Notes: generated by a model from the letters alone, not told the origin. Numbered from the stretch's first letter, positions 22,660 to 31,986 are shown. The stretch is 32,000 nt of DNA from an uncultured Phycisphaeraceae bacterium (GCA_964588585.1 CAZPPX010000009.1:119338-151337); one strand, 5' to 3'. A program made the numbers and translations.

Positions 22660-22715
22660 CTTGGGTACCTCGATTCTCCGAATCGAGTCCCGATCCCGAT
22701 CCCGTTCCCGATCGA
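22660..22715. terminator. conserved hairpin element, copy 2, plus CCCGAT hexamer repeats, between convergent genes
   Basis: TGGGTACCTCGATTCTCCGAATCGAGTCCC has the stem CTCGATTC-tcc-GAATCGAG at 22668-22686. It is followed by gatcccgatcccgttcccgatcgag. Confidence 0.5.
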
Positions 22716-22723
22716 GTTCAAAC

Positions 22724-23641
22724 TCACTTCGCCCGTGCGGCGATCACCGTCCCCGCCAGAATGAGCACGCCCCCGACCACGCGCGTCAGCGTCATCGCCT
22801 CGCCCAGCGCCAGCCAGCCAACAACAACGGTCACCAGCGGCTCGACGATCGAGAGCGACGCGGCCCGCACCGCGCCCACCCGCGCGATGCCCGCCAGAAG
22901 GGCCGTGATGGCAAACACGGTGGAAACCAGCGCAATCGCGACAATGCCGATCGCGCCGAGAGGCGCAGTGGGCACTGGCGAGCCGGTGATCGTGGCCTCG
23001 ACCGTGAAACTGATCGCCGCGCCGCTGGTCACCAGCGCCGCGGTCACGAGCGCCGAAACCGGTCGTTCGACACCCGCCGCCCGCTGGCGTTCGGCGTGTC
23101 GGGCCAGCCCGGCACCAGCGAGGATGTACGCTGCGTAGACCACCGCCGAACCGATCCCCAGCAGCACGCCCAGCAGCGGAGCCTGATCGACGCGGCCAAC
23201 GGTGAGCCCGGCACCAACCAACGCCAGCACCAGCGCCGCCACGCGCGCCGCCGTCAACGCCTCCCCAAACAGCACCTTGGCCCCGATCGCCACCAGTCCG
23301 GGAAAGGTGTAGAGCAGCAGTGCCACCAGCCCCGACGGTGCCCCCGCATCAATCGCGCCGAAATAGAACCGCGCCTCAAGGTAATACAGCACCGCGCCCA
23401 TCCCGAGCCGCGCCCACAGGCCTACGCCCCGCGGCACCCGCTCCTTCCGCACCAGCGCCACGATCCACAGCACCACCGCCGCGAGAGCGAAGCGGAGCGA
23501 GAGCGTCGTCGTGGTGCCTGAACCGCCCGCCTCGGCCCACGACTCAAACAAGGCCATCAGCCCGAACGCGCCCGCGCTGCCCACGACCAGGGCGACGCCG
23601 AGCCCGCCACCGTCTTTGCGTTCGCCTGCGTCGGTGGTCAT
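22724..23641 (-). CDS. EamA/DMT-family transporter
   Basis: About 10 hydrophobic segments with a duplicated EamA-like organisation (LRFALAAVVLWIVALVRKER...). Start taken as ATG 23641; the tracked ORF begins at TTG 23680. Confidence 0.8.
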   Translation of the reverse strand: MTTDAGERKDGGGLGVALVVGSAGAFGLMALFESWAEAGGSGTTTTLSLRFALAAVVLWIVALVRKERVPRGVGLWARLGMGAVLYYLEARFYFGAIDAGAPSGLVALLLYTFPGLVAIGAKVLFGEALTAARVAALVLALVGAGLTVGRVDQAPLLGVLLGIGSAVVYAAYILAGAGLARHAERQRAAGVERPVSALVTAALVTSGAAISFTVEATITGSPVPTAPLGAIGIVAIALVSTVFAITALLAGIARVGAVRAASLSIVEPLVTVVVGWLALGEAMTLTRVVGGVLILAGTVIAARAK

Positions 23642-23679
23642 GGTCGTCCGGCCCTCGCGCACCACGATAGACTGCGCCA

Positions 23680-24303
23680 ATGGCCCCTCGCCTTCGCAAC
23701 CTGCTCTCCTCGTGCGCCATGGCCTCGCTCGTCGCGCTGGGTGGATGCTCCTCCAGCACCACTCGCACTGAGCCCGCGGCCCGCCTCGACCCCGCCGCGC
23801 GGCCAGCGGACTTCACGCTCGCGATCAGCGTGGTCAACCCGGCGGCCTACGCCCAGCCCCGCGCCCGCCGCACCAGCGCCAGCCCGAACGTGCCCGGTGC
23901 GCCGGCGCCAGCACCCAAGGGCCCCGCACCCGAAGTCCGTCCCGCGCGATACGTCATCGAGCCCGATGGGTACCTCCGAGCCGCGCTCGGGCCCGGCGCG
24001 ACAGACCGCACCTTCCCGCCCCCGTCGCGCCGCCTGACCACCGCCCAACTCGATGCCCTGTGGGCCCTCGTCGCCCAGACTGATTGGCTAGCCCAGGGCT
24101 CAGACCGCGCCGATCAAGCCCCGCCAGCGTGGACGGATGGAACCTCGGCCGACCCGACGGATCCGCTCGCCCCCGCCACGTCGGGTTTCACGGGCTCCGT
24201 CCTCGCGGCCGGCCAAAGGGCCAACTTCGCCCGCACACTGGCGGATCGCTCCACCCGGGTAGTGACGGCCAAACTTGCGGAATGGGCTTGGCAAACCCCC
24301 TGA
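23680..24303 (+). CDS. hypothetical lipoprotein
   Basis: The signal peptide has the lipobox LVALGGC. The rest is Pro/Ala-rich with no recognised domain. Confidence 0.65.
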   Translation: MAPRLRNLLSSCAMASLVALGGCSSSTTRTEPAARLDPAARPADFTLAISVVNPAAYAQPRARRTSASPNVPGAPAPAPKGPAPEVRPARYVIEPDGYLRAALGPGATDRTFPPPSRRLTTAQLDALWALVAQTDWLAQGSDRADQAPPAWTDGTSADPTDPLAPATSGFTGSVLAAGQRANFARTLADRSTRVVTAKLAEWAWQTP

Positions 24304-24470
24304 TTTGTCACTGAATCGGGGTGAGAAAAACGTCGATTTTCTGGCTGAAGCGCCCCGTGTGCGTAGGATTGTCTTGCTGCCGCAACTCGGGCCATCGGCG
24401 GGCCGTACGGGCTCGGGCGTGAGTGGGTGGGCGTTGGGCAACGGGGTCGGGGTCTAGAGGGAGATACTGC

Positions 24471-26048
24471 ATGCGTTCGATGAGCACCTTTGGGCGGTCG
24501 TTGTCGGTCCTCGTTGCCGGGCTTTCCCTGGGCTTCGCGCCCGCCTCCTCGGCGCAGCCGGGCGACTTGGCCAACCTGCAGGACGTCGTGACCAGTGGCC
24601 TCTCCTCGCCCCTTTTCGTTTGCGCACCCCCGGGCGATGACACCCGCCTGTTCATCGTGAACCAGACGGGCACCATTCGCCTGCTTACCCGACCCAATCG
24701 CGACAGCAACTGGACGCTCCAGGGCACCGTGTTCCTGGATGTCAGCGGCTTGCTCACACCCAACGCGGGCACCGTCGTCAACCCCCGCGACCGGCTCGAC
24801 AACCAGGTCAACGGCACCTTCAACCTCGTCCGCGGCAGCGAGCAGGGCCTGCTCGGCCTCGCCTTCGCGCCGGACTACGAAACCAGCGGCATCTTCTACG
24901 TCAACTACGTCGGGAACCGCCGCCCCAACGGCGTCACCCCTCTCCGCTATTCGATCAACACGCAAAACAGCACCGCCACCGTGCTCGGCTCCACCATCAT
25001 CGCCCGCTACCAGCGCTCCGCGGGCAACCCCAACGTCGCCAACGCCGGTTCGGCGTTCACGATTCTCGAAGTCGAGCAGCCCTTCACCAACCACAACGGC
25101 GGGTGCACCCTCTTCGGGCCCGACAACATGCTGCACATCAGCATGGGCGACGGCGGCTCAGCCAACGACCCGCTGAACGCGGCCCTCAACCCCAACAACC
25201 TCCTGGGCAAGTTCCTGCGCATCGATGTGCTCGGCCCCGATGGCCTCTCCAACACCGGCGACGAAGACCAGTTCCCCGCCGAGCCCAACCGCAACTATCG
25301 CATCCCGTCGAGCAACCCGTTTGCGGCAGGCGGCGGCGCGGCCGAGATCTTCATGCGCGGCAACCGCAACGCGTGGCGCTACGCCTTCGACCGTGCGACC
25401 GGCGACATGTACATCGCCGACGTCGGCCAAGACGTGGATGAGGAAGTGAACTTCATCCCCGCCGGTACCGCTGCAGGCCGCAACCTGGGCTGGCGCGTCC
25501 GCGAGGGCAACCGTGTCACGGGTCTGTCTGCGGGCGGCTTTGATGTCTCCAACCTCACTGCCCCCGTCTACACCTATTCCCACGGGTCCGGCGCGTTCCA
25601 GGGATTCTCCATCACCGGCGGATATGTGTACCGGGGCACCGCCATCCGCGCGTGGCGCGGCCGCTACTTCTTCGCCGACTTTGTCAACCGACGCCTGTTC
25701 TCCGCCCGCGTCGTCAACGGCGCGTGGACGGACCTCCAAGACAACTATAACGCCGTCAACCCCTCGACCTCCACCGCGCTGCGGCTGCAGAACGTCGCCA
25801 GTTTCGGCGAAGATAATGCGGGCGAGTTGTACGTCGTGCAACTCAACGGCTTTGTCCGCAAGTTCATCCCCCAGAACCCCCAGCCCAACCCGCTCGACGT
25901 CAACTTCGACGGCAACGTCGATCCCGACGACCTGAGCGACTACATCGTGTTCTACTTCACGCCCGATATGCGGGCCGACTTCAACATGGACAACGTGCTC
26001 GACCCCGATGACCTGAGCGACTACATCGCCGGGTACTTTGCCCCGTGA
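24471..26048 (+). CDS. secreted PQQ-dependent sugar (glucose/sorbosone) dehydrogenase-like beta-propeller with a C-terminal double dockerin-like module
   Basis: Signal peptide MRSMSTFGRSLSVLVAGLSLGFAPASSAQ. Motifs EQGLLGLAFAPDY, NHNGGCTLFGPDNMLHISMGDGG, LGKFLRIDV, RNAWRYAFD, GWRVREG and ITGGYVYRG. C-terminus DVNFDGNVDPDDLSDYIVFYF...DFNMDNVLDPDDLSDYIAGYFAP. Confidence 0.88.
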   Translation: MRSMSTFGRSLSVLVAGLSLGFAPASSAQPGDLANLQDVVTSGLSSPLFVCAPPGDDTRLFIVNQTGTIRLLTRPNRDSNWTLQGTVFLDVSGLLTPNAGTVVNPRDRLDNQVNGTFNLVRGSEQGLLGLAFAPDYETSGIFYVNYVGNRRPNGVTPLRYSINTQNSTATVLGSTIIARYQRSAGNPNVANAGSAFTILEVEQPFTNHNGGCTLFGPDNMLHISMGDGGSANDPLNAALNPNNLLGKFLRIDVLGPDGLSNTGDEDQFPAEPNRNYRIPSSNPFAAGGGAAEIFMRGNRNAWRYAFDRATGDMYIADVGQDVDEEVNFIPAGTAAGRNLGWRVREGNRVTGLSAGGFDVSNLTAPVYTYSHGSGAFQGFSITGGYVYRGTAIRAWRGRYFFADFVNRRLFSARVVNGAWTDLQDNYNAVNPSTSTALRLQNVASFGEDNAGELYVVQLNGFVRKFIPQNPQPNPLDVNFDGNVDPDDLSDYIVFYFTPDMRADFNMDNVLDPDDLSDYIAGYFAP

Positions 26049-26077
26049 ACAGCAGCCTGCCTCGGTCAACCGCGCAA

Positions 26078-26108
26078 CCACCCTCCCCCGGTCCTCCGGG
26101 GGAGGTGG
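26078..26108 (+). repeat. REP-like hairpin, variant copy 4
   Basis: CCACCCTCCCCCGG-tcct-CCGGGGGAGGTGG, 30 nt after the stop at 26048. Confidence 0.55.
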
Positions 26109-26197
26109 CCGAGTCCGCGAGGCCGGTGGGGGTTCTTAGTTCGGTCCATTTCCGCTCACCCGTTGATCGCCACGGAGCGCCCCTCCATCGTCGGAGA

Positions 26198-26839
26198 TCA
26201 CGCGCGAGGTTTCGGTGCCACCGTTGCCCCAGTTGAGCCCTGCACCACCCAGCGCAACGGTCGGTCGGTCCACGGGCCGGCGCTGCCCAGACCGATGCGC
26301 GCGCTGCGGCGAATCTGCCTGACTTCCGCGGGCGTGAGTTCACCGAATTCCAGCGACAGCTGCGGGTCGCGCGTCAGGTCGGCCCCGGTCAATTCCAGCC
26401 CGATCGCCATCGCCCGGCACAGGTTTCCCGGCCCCCGGCACAGGGCCTCGTCCCTCACCTTCGTGCGACGACTCGCTGCGGCGCGGTTGTTTCGCATGGT
26501 GTCGATGCCCTCAATCGGCTCCAAGCCGCGCAGCAGCACGGCCACCGGCTCGTCGATCGCGCCGCACACCACGTTCATGCAGCAGTGCATGCCGTAGGTG
26601 AAGTAGACGTAGGCGGTGCCGCCGGGGCCATACATGGGTTCAACCCGTGGCGTGCGGCGGCCCTTGAACGAATGGCAGCCCTGATCGCGCACGCCCAGAT
26701 ACGCCTCGGTCTCCACGATGCGACCGGCGAGGCGGGTGCCGTTGTCGAGTGTGCGTACGAGGACGCACCCGAGCAGTTGGCGGGCAAGAGTGGCGGCGCC
26801 GACGCTGAGCCATTCGCGGCTGAGCCGTTGCTCGGTCAC
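26198..26839 (-). CDS. mpg: DNA-3-methyladenine glycosylase (Mpg/AAG family)
   Basis: LARQLLGCVLVR, GRIVETEAYLG..D.GCHSF.GRRTPR...MYGPGGTAYVYFTYGMHCCMNVV, LLRGLEPIEG and GPGNLCRAMAI. GTG start at 26839 overlaps the upstream PIN-frame stop (GTGA). An alternative ATG lies at 27019. Confidence 0.85.
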   Translation of the reverse strand: MTEQRLSREWLSVGAATLARQLLGCVLVRTLDNGTRLAGRIVETEAYLGVRDQGCHSFKGRRTPRVEPMYGPGGTAYVYFTYGMHCCMNVVCGAIDEPVAVLLRGLEPIEGIDTMRNNRAAASRRTKVRDEALCRGPGNLCRAMAIGLELTGADLTRDPQLSLEFGELTPAEVRQIRRSARIGLGSAGPWTDRPLRWVVQGSTGATVAPKPRA

Positions 26840-27249
26840 GGGCAGGTCACGTTTGCATCGATCGCGGCGGCACGCAAACGGTCGTCCACCGTCCACAGTT
26901 CCGCGCGGCGATTCAGCGCGAGGTCGATGTATTGAAGATCGTAATACGAAACATCGAGTGTGTGCGCGCGTTTGGCGGCATTCCAGGCATCGAGACAGCG
27001 GGTGGGGGCGCGATCTCATAAGGCAACTCGATCAGCGCGATTCGCAGCCTCCATGGCGTCCTGGGGTGCGAGGTGTCTTCGCCGAGTGGCCTTGAGGATG
27101 GCCGACGAAACCTCGGCCATGAACAGTGACGGAACCGCGAACTCGACGTCCTCGGGCCGGTGTCTCTCCCTCAACCTGCGTGCGGCGGGGCTTTGGGCCT
27201 GTTCGACCAGCCAGGCCACAGCCACGCTCGCGTCAAGGACCACGTTCAT
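26836..27249 (-). pseudogene. vapC: VapC-like PIN-domain toxin gene interrupted by one in-frame TGA (27016-27018)
   Basis: N-terminal half MNVVLDASVAVAWLVE...FMAEVSSAILKA. The same frame continues after the TGA as DRAPTRCLDAWNAAKRAHTLDVSYYDLQYIDLALNRRAELWTVDDRLRAAAIDANVTCP. All four PIN acidic positions are present (D6, E46, the YYD Asp, TVDD). Total 137 codons plus the internal stop. Confidence 0.75.
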
Positions 27250-27470
27250 CGATCACGATCCTCCCGAATCGATCCGACGAGGTCGTGGCTGACCGGGCCG
27301 ATGCGCTGGCGAAGCGCGTCCATCATCACATAGGCCTTCACGCGCCGAACGCCCTCACTGTGTGGCATCGAGGTGTTCTGCGGATGCGAGATCGGGCTCC
27401 CCATGCCTGAATCTGGGGTCGCGCCCTGGCCCGGTTCGCCCCGATTGATTGGTTCTTGAAATGAAGCCAT
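27246..27470 (-). CDS. vapB: putative VapB-like antitoxin
   Basis: 74 aa ending ...GVRRVKAYVMMDALRQRIGPVSHDLVGSIREDRDR. The stop overlaps the vapC ATG (ATGA). The REDRDR-type C-terminus resembles PIN-partner antitoxins (recalled from memory). The start is uncertain. Confidence 0.5.
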   Translation of the reverse strand: MASFQEPINRGEPGQGATPDSGMGSPISHPQNTSMPHSEGVRRVKAYVMMDALRQRIGPVSHDLVGSIREDRDR

Positions 27471-27481
27471 GGCGGCGAATC

Positions 27482-29383
27482 TTATGCATACGCGTGCAGC
27501 CCGGGAAGCAGCAGGTTGACACCGAAGTAGCACCACAGCATGACAATGAACCCGAGCACGCTGAGCCACGCGGTGGTGAGGCCTCGGTCGCGCACGTTGG
27601 CGAAGCGCAGGTGCACGACGACGAGGTAGACAATCCAGGTGACGAGGGCCCAGAGTTCCTTGGGGTCGAACGCCCACCAGCGGCCCCAGGAGTGATCGGC
27701 CCACCATGCGCCGAGCAGAATGCCTACGGCAAGGGTCCAAAACGCCAGTTGCAGGATCGTCATCTGTGCGGCGTCAAGATCAGCGAGCACCTTGCGAACC
27801 CCGGTGGGTTGACCCGCGCCGCCGCTGGCCGCGGCGCCTTGATCGAACCCAAGTGCCGCGGCCGAGACCGCGCCGAGATCACTTCCCGCCACGGGCGAGC
27901 CGGCAGTTGCCACCACCGCCTTGGGCGCTCTCACGAAGTAGTGCGTGCCCAAGTAGAAGAGACTCACGATCATGCCCAGCGAGATGAGCCCGTAGGAGAC
28001 CAGCACCGTGGTGACGTGGTACTTCAGCAGCACGCTGGTGTTCAGGATGGCTGCTTCGCGCTCGATGCTGTACCCGGGGATGCCCATCTGCGTCGCGGCG
28101 ATGAGCACGAGAAAGCCGACGGCACTCGCCGCGGCGGCGAAGATCGCCTGCTTGCGGAAGATGGCCAGGCCCGCGCCGACGAGGGCCGCGAAGAGGCTCA
28201 CGCCCGTCATGGATTCAAACTGGTTCTGGATGGCGAAACGCTCAGCGATGAGGCAGCGGCTGGCGAAGCCGAAGCCGTGGAGGCCGATGGCGGCAACCAG
28301 CAGCCCGATGCCCGTCCACAGCAGCCAGCGGCGCTGGGTGCCAAAGGAAAGCAGCAGCGCGAGCAGCGCGAAGGCGTAGAACCACAGGCCGAAGTCGAAC
28401 GGGCGCGACGCGTTGTAGACGCGCTCGATCGATCGTTTCGCCTTCGGATACACCTCGGGCCCCATCGCCGGCAGTTCGGCGGCGAGCGTTTTCAGGCTCG
28501 ACGCAACGGCATCGGCATCGCCCTTGCGCCAGGCTGCGCCGACGGCGCGCAACGCGCCTCCCGCCTTTGATGTCGGATCGAGCGACCCCAGATGCCGCCA
28601 GGGTGTGTCCGTGTCGCCGCTGGGCACCATCAGCAGGTTGGCCTCCGCAGCATTGAACATCTGCAGCGCTTCGTGGGCCTGTCCCAGCGCCTTCTGCATG
28701 GGCTCGGCCATGGAGCCCGGTGCGGAGGCCACCGCCTCAAACTGCTGGAAAATATGACGGGGCGTCAGGCGGCCGGCGCGACGCCACGATTCGCGCTCCT
28801 CGTCGTTCTCGAACAGGCGCTCGATGAACGCGTCGCGCAGGGGCAGATAGTTCACCGCGATCACGGCTCGATCCACGTAGTACACCGGGTCGATCACCAT
28901 GTCCATGAAGGTGAACAGCGGGTCGTAGCGCAAGCGCAGCGTCGAGCCGCCCTCGGCGTGGCGGATGTCGTAAAAGTTGTTGCGGCCGACCATGCTGCCG
29001 ACCACCTCGCGGGCCAGCGTGTCGACGATCTTGATGCGGTTGTTGTGCTGCACGGCCAGGTCGCGGAAGGCTTCGAGCCCGCCGCTGTCTTTCAATCGCT
29101 GAGCGAAGGCGTACTTCGCCTCGGTGTCCATCGTGGGCGCGCGAGAGACTTCGCCGAAGGGATTGGGCATCCGCGACGCCGCCGAGGCGTGATTCTTGGG
29201 ATGCTCGTTGCCCGCGGGCGCATACTGCCCGCGCGCTTTGACCGCCGTGAGGAGCGCGACGATGATCACCGCGACGACAAAGAGTCGGGCGGCGACTTCC
29301 CGGCGATACCCGTGCGGCGTCGGCTCCGCGTTCATGGTTGTGCTCCCCGCATCCGCCCACATGCTGCACTGGCGAAAACTCAT
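27482..29383 (-). CDS. ccsA: cytochrome c biogenesis protein CcsA/ResC (System II heme handling)
   Basis: Trp-rich WWD-type motif GAWWADHSWGRWWAFDPKELWALVTWIVY and terminal ...GLHAYA. Multiple TM helices. The ATG overlaps the ccsB stop (ATGA). Confidence 0.9.
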   Translation of the reverse strand: MSFRQCSMWADAGSTTMNAEPTPHGYRREVAARLFVVAVIIVALLTAVKARGQYAPAGNEHPKNHASAASRMPNPFGEVSRAPTMDTEAKYAFAQRLKDSGGLEAFRDLAVQHNNRIKIVDTLAREVVGSMVGRNNFYDIRHAEGGSTLRLRYDPLFTFMDMVIDPVYYVDRAVIAVNYLPLRDAFIERLFENDEERESWRRAGRLTPRHIFQQFEAVASAPGSMAEPMQKALGQAHEALQMFNAAEANLLMVPSGDTDTPWRHLGSLDPTSKAGGALRAVGAAWRKGDADAVASSLKTLAAELPAMGPEVYPKAKRSIERVYNASRPFDFGLWFYAFALLALLLSFGTQRRWLLWTGIGLLVAAIGLHGFGFASRCLIAERFAIQNQFESMTGVSLFAALVGAGLAIFRKQAIFAAAASAVGFLVLIAATQMGIPGYSIEREAAILNTSVLLKYHVTTVLVSYGLISLGMIVSLFYLGTHYFVRAPKAVVATAGSPVAGSDLGAVSAAALGFDQGAAASGGAGQPTGVRKVLADLDAAQMTILQLAFWTLAVGILLGAWWADHSWGRWWAFDPKELWALVTWIVYLVVVHLRFANVRDRGLTTAWLSVLGFIVMLWCYFGVNLLLPGLHAYA

Positions 29384-31986
29384 CTCGGGCTCCTCGCGGG
29401 CTCCCCCGCCTTCACCTGCACCCCCGCCCCACCAGATACTGTCGCACTCGCTCCGTTTGATTCTTGACCGCTTCCGTTGCCGATGGGCTTGACGACCACC
29501 ACGCCTGATCCACCGGTGCCACGCGGCTCGGGCTTCTTCCAGGTGCCGTCGGCGATGGCCTTCTGAATGCGCCGCTTCTCGCGCTGCACCAGCCAGGGCT
29601 TCACATAGAACGCCCAGAGCGTGCCCAGCGTCATCATCACGCCACCGGTGGCGATCACATAGATGCCCGGGTTGTTGCCGATGCCCAGAATGGTAAACCG
29701 CGCCATCGCGCGGGGCACCTCGCCGCGATCAGCCGCGGCTTTGCTGCTGTTCCATCCCCCCGCGTCCCAGCCCGTCTGGCTCAGTTTGAACTGGTTCGGG
29801 GCCACCCAACTCACGAGCCACCCAGCCCAGTTCACGACCGTCGGCGCATCGGGCCGAGGCGAAAACGGCACCCGCACCAGCAGCGGGTTGTTGAGGCTCG
29901 TCGCCCGTTGCTCCTCGCGCCGATTCGCATTGAGCGGGTCGCGGATGATCGTGACGTCGGACTTGAAGTCCTTCGGCAGCGTGCTGTGCGGGAAGGGCGT
30001 CATCTCAAAGTCGCGCAACTGCACGGCAAAGTCAGGGAACCGGTGGTAGCGCCGGCCAAACGCCATGCCCACGCGCCGGCCGTCGGGCAGGTTGATCGAC
30101 CGCACCGCGTCCTCGCGCGGCTGGGTCGGGTGATACGCGTTGTGCGGCACCCACTCCACCGCGCGGAAATCAGGGCGGCCCTCTTTGCCCGGCACCGTCA
30201 CTTCCACCGCGATCAGCGCCATGCGGTGGTTGCCGATCATGTCGCGGCTGCGCTCACGCTCGGGTGTCGGCCAGGGGGCCTCGATGCGTTTCGCGCCCGC
30301 GTGGCGCTCGCCCAGGCGCACGCTCACCATGGGCACCAGCGGCAGCGTGTCGCCCTGTTTGAGCGAATCCACCACGATCGGCTCGCGACCGGGCTGGCGC
30401 ACGATGGCGCGGGCTGGGCCAGCACCATCACCACCATCGATCACGGCAGACAGCGTGGACGCGTCGATGTACTCAATGCGAATCGCGTCATCGGCGGCCC
30501 GGCGTTTGGGCATGCCGCTGGGAGCCTTTTCTTCGAGCAGGTCCTGGTTCAGTTCCGGGAAGCGGGCGTAGACGTAGCGCTCGAACGCCACGCGCGGCGA
30601 GCTGGCATCCGCACCGGGGTCGCGCGGCTTCTCGACCCGCAGGATGGCCACGGGGCTGGTCGCGCCCTCGAACCCAGGCGTGATGACCGCCAGCGGTGGC
30701 TCGGGGTGCAGCGATTTCACGGTGACGGTCCACCCGCCGGGCACATCGATGGGCTTTTCGGGCTCGGCGGCGACGACCTGGCGAACGGCACCGCCAGCGG
30801 CGGGCACGGTGATGACGAGGCCATGGAGGGCACCCTCGGGCAGGCGGGTTTGCAGAAGGGCCCAGTATTCGGGCTTGGCGTTTTCGAGATACTCAACGCT
30901 CACGACGCCGCGGAGCGCGCCGACGCGGGCGCCGGGCAGCACGGGGGAGAGGATGAAATCGCCGATGGTGCGTTCGGCACCAGGAGTTGCAGTCGGGGGG
31001 GTGGATTCACTCTCACCCTTCAGCGGCAGCGTGGTGAGCAGTTCGATGTGCCGCGCGGGCGTGACGCCCGGCGTGGCGGCGGCTTGGGTGCCAGCATCGG
31101 GCACGATCCAGGTCGGGCGGAGTTCCCCGTAGTTGCAGTAGCCGATCACGCGAAAGTTGATGTCGTCGTCAACGAGCGTCTTCTTCGATCGCGCGCCGTC
31201 CACGGCCAGATCGAGCGTCCGCCCTTCATCAATTTCGGAGCGATCCCCTGCGCGGATCGAGGTGCCCCCGGCGTCGAGGCCGTAATCGTTGTAGCGGGGC
31301 AGGCCCGCGAGCGAGCGCTGCTCCCACTCCCCGCGACCACCGCGGCTTTGCGCGTCCCCGCCGATCTGGGCGATCCAGAGGGAGACATCGGTGTTGTCAA
31401 AGAACCCCATCGCGGGCGGGCCGGGTGTGGGGTGGCCTTTGTCGTCGGGCTCGCCGGCGAGGATGAGCACGTCGCCCTCCTGCTTCAGGGCGTTGTAGTA
31501 CACGCTGCCCAGGGCGATGGTGACGATGCCGGTGTGAACGGTGAGGACGCCGATCTTCTTGAACTCGAAATCGATGCGGCGCACGGTGGTGATGACCATG
31601 TTGGCGACGAAGGCGAGGAGGACGACGCGAATGGGCCACCATGAATAGAACTCGAGTTCGGACATCTCGAGCCCGGGCAGGCGGCGCAGGACGGTGCCGC
31701 GGTAGTGGTCGCAGAACGCGCCGAAGAAACGGATGCCCGAGCCGGTGAGCGGGTCATAGCGGAGGTGGGGCCAGGCGAAGCCGTGCCAGAGAAGCCAGGT
31801 GAGCCCTGTACCGAGCCCCACGGCAAGGAACCGAGCAAGAAAGGTGAGTTCCTTGCCCAGGCCAAAGGCCTTGGTGCCACGGTTGGCGATGACGATGAAG
31901 CCGCCGGCGACCATGACGAGCGTGATGAGCAAGGAAGCGATGTAGACGATCCAGGTGGGGATCGCCGCCAGCATCCCGATGGGCAC
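29380..31986 (-). CDS. ccsB: cytochrome c biogenesis protein CcsB/ResB-like (868+ aa)
   Basis: N-terminal TM region with FYSWWPIRVVLLAFVANMVITTVRRI...IGVLTVHTGIVTIALGSVYY, a large soluble domain and a C-terminal TM helix. The tracked start is GTG at 31986, but the frame stays open to the window edge, so the true start may lie beyond 32000. Confidence 0.85.
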   Translation of the reverse strand: MPIGMLAAIPTWIVYIASLLITLVMVAGGFIVIANRGTKAFGLGKELTFLARFLAVGLGTGLTWLLWHGFAWPHLRYDPLTGSGIRFFGAFCDHYRGTVLRRLPGLEMSELEFYSWWPIRVVLLAFVANMVITTVRRIDFEFKKIGVLTVHTGIVTIALGSVYYNALKQEGDVLILAGEPDDKGHPTPGPPAMGFFDNTDVSLWIAQIGGDAQSRGGRGEWEQRSLAGLPRYNDYGLDAGGTSIRAGDRSEIDEGRTLDLAVDGARSKKTLVDDDINFRVIGYCNYGELRPTWIVPDAGTQAAATPGVTPARHIELLTTLPLKGESESTPPTATPGAERTIGDFILSPVLPGARVGALRGVVSVEYLENAKPEYWALLQTRLPEGALHGLVITVPAAGGAVRQVVAAEPEKPIDVPGGWTVTVKSLHPEPPLAVITPGFEGATSPVAILRVEKPRDPGADASSPRVAFERYVYARFPELNQDLLEEKAPSGMPKRRAADDAIRIEYIDASTLSAVIDGGDGAGPARAIVRQPGREPIVVDSLKQGDTLPLVPMVSVRLGERHAGAKRIEAPWPTPERERSRDMIGNHRMALIAVEVTVPGKEGRPDFRAVEWVPHNAYHPTQPREDAVRSINLPDGRRVGMAFGRRYHRFPDFAVQLRDFEMTPFPHSTLPKDFKSDVTIIRDPLNANRREEQRATSLNNPLLVRVPFSPRPDAPTVVNWAGWLVSWVAPNQFKLSQTGWDAGGWNSSKAAADRGEVPRAMARFTILGIGNNPGIYVIATGGVMMTLGTLWAFYVKPWLVQREKRRIQKAIADGTWKKPEPRGTGGSGVVVVKPIGNGSGQESNGASATVSGGAGVQVKAGEPARSPR

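Noticed and set aside
26840-27019. Long Mpg isoform starting at ATG 27019 taken as the primary gene model
   Set aside because: The 60 extra residues lie in a different frame from clear PIN-domain homology and have no glycosylase similarity. It is kept only as an alternative under the vapC finding.
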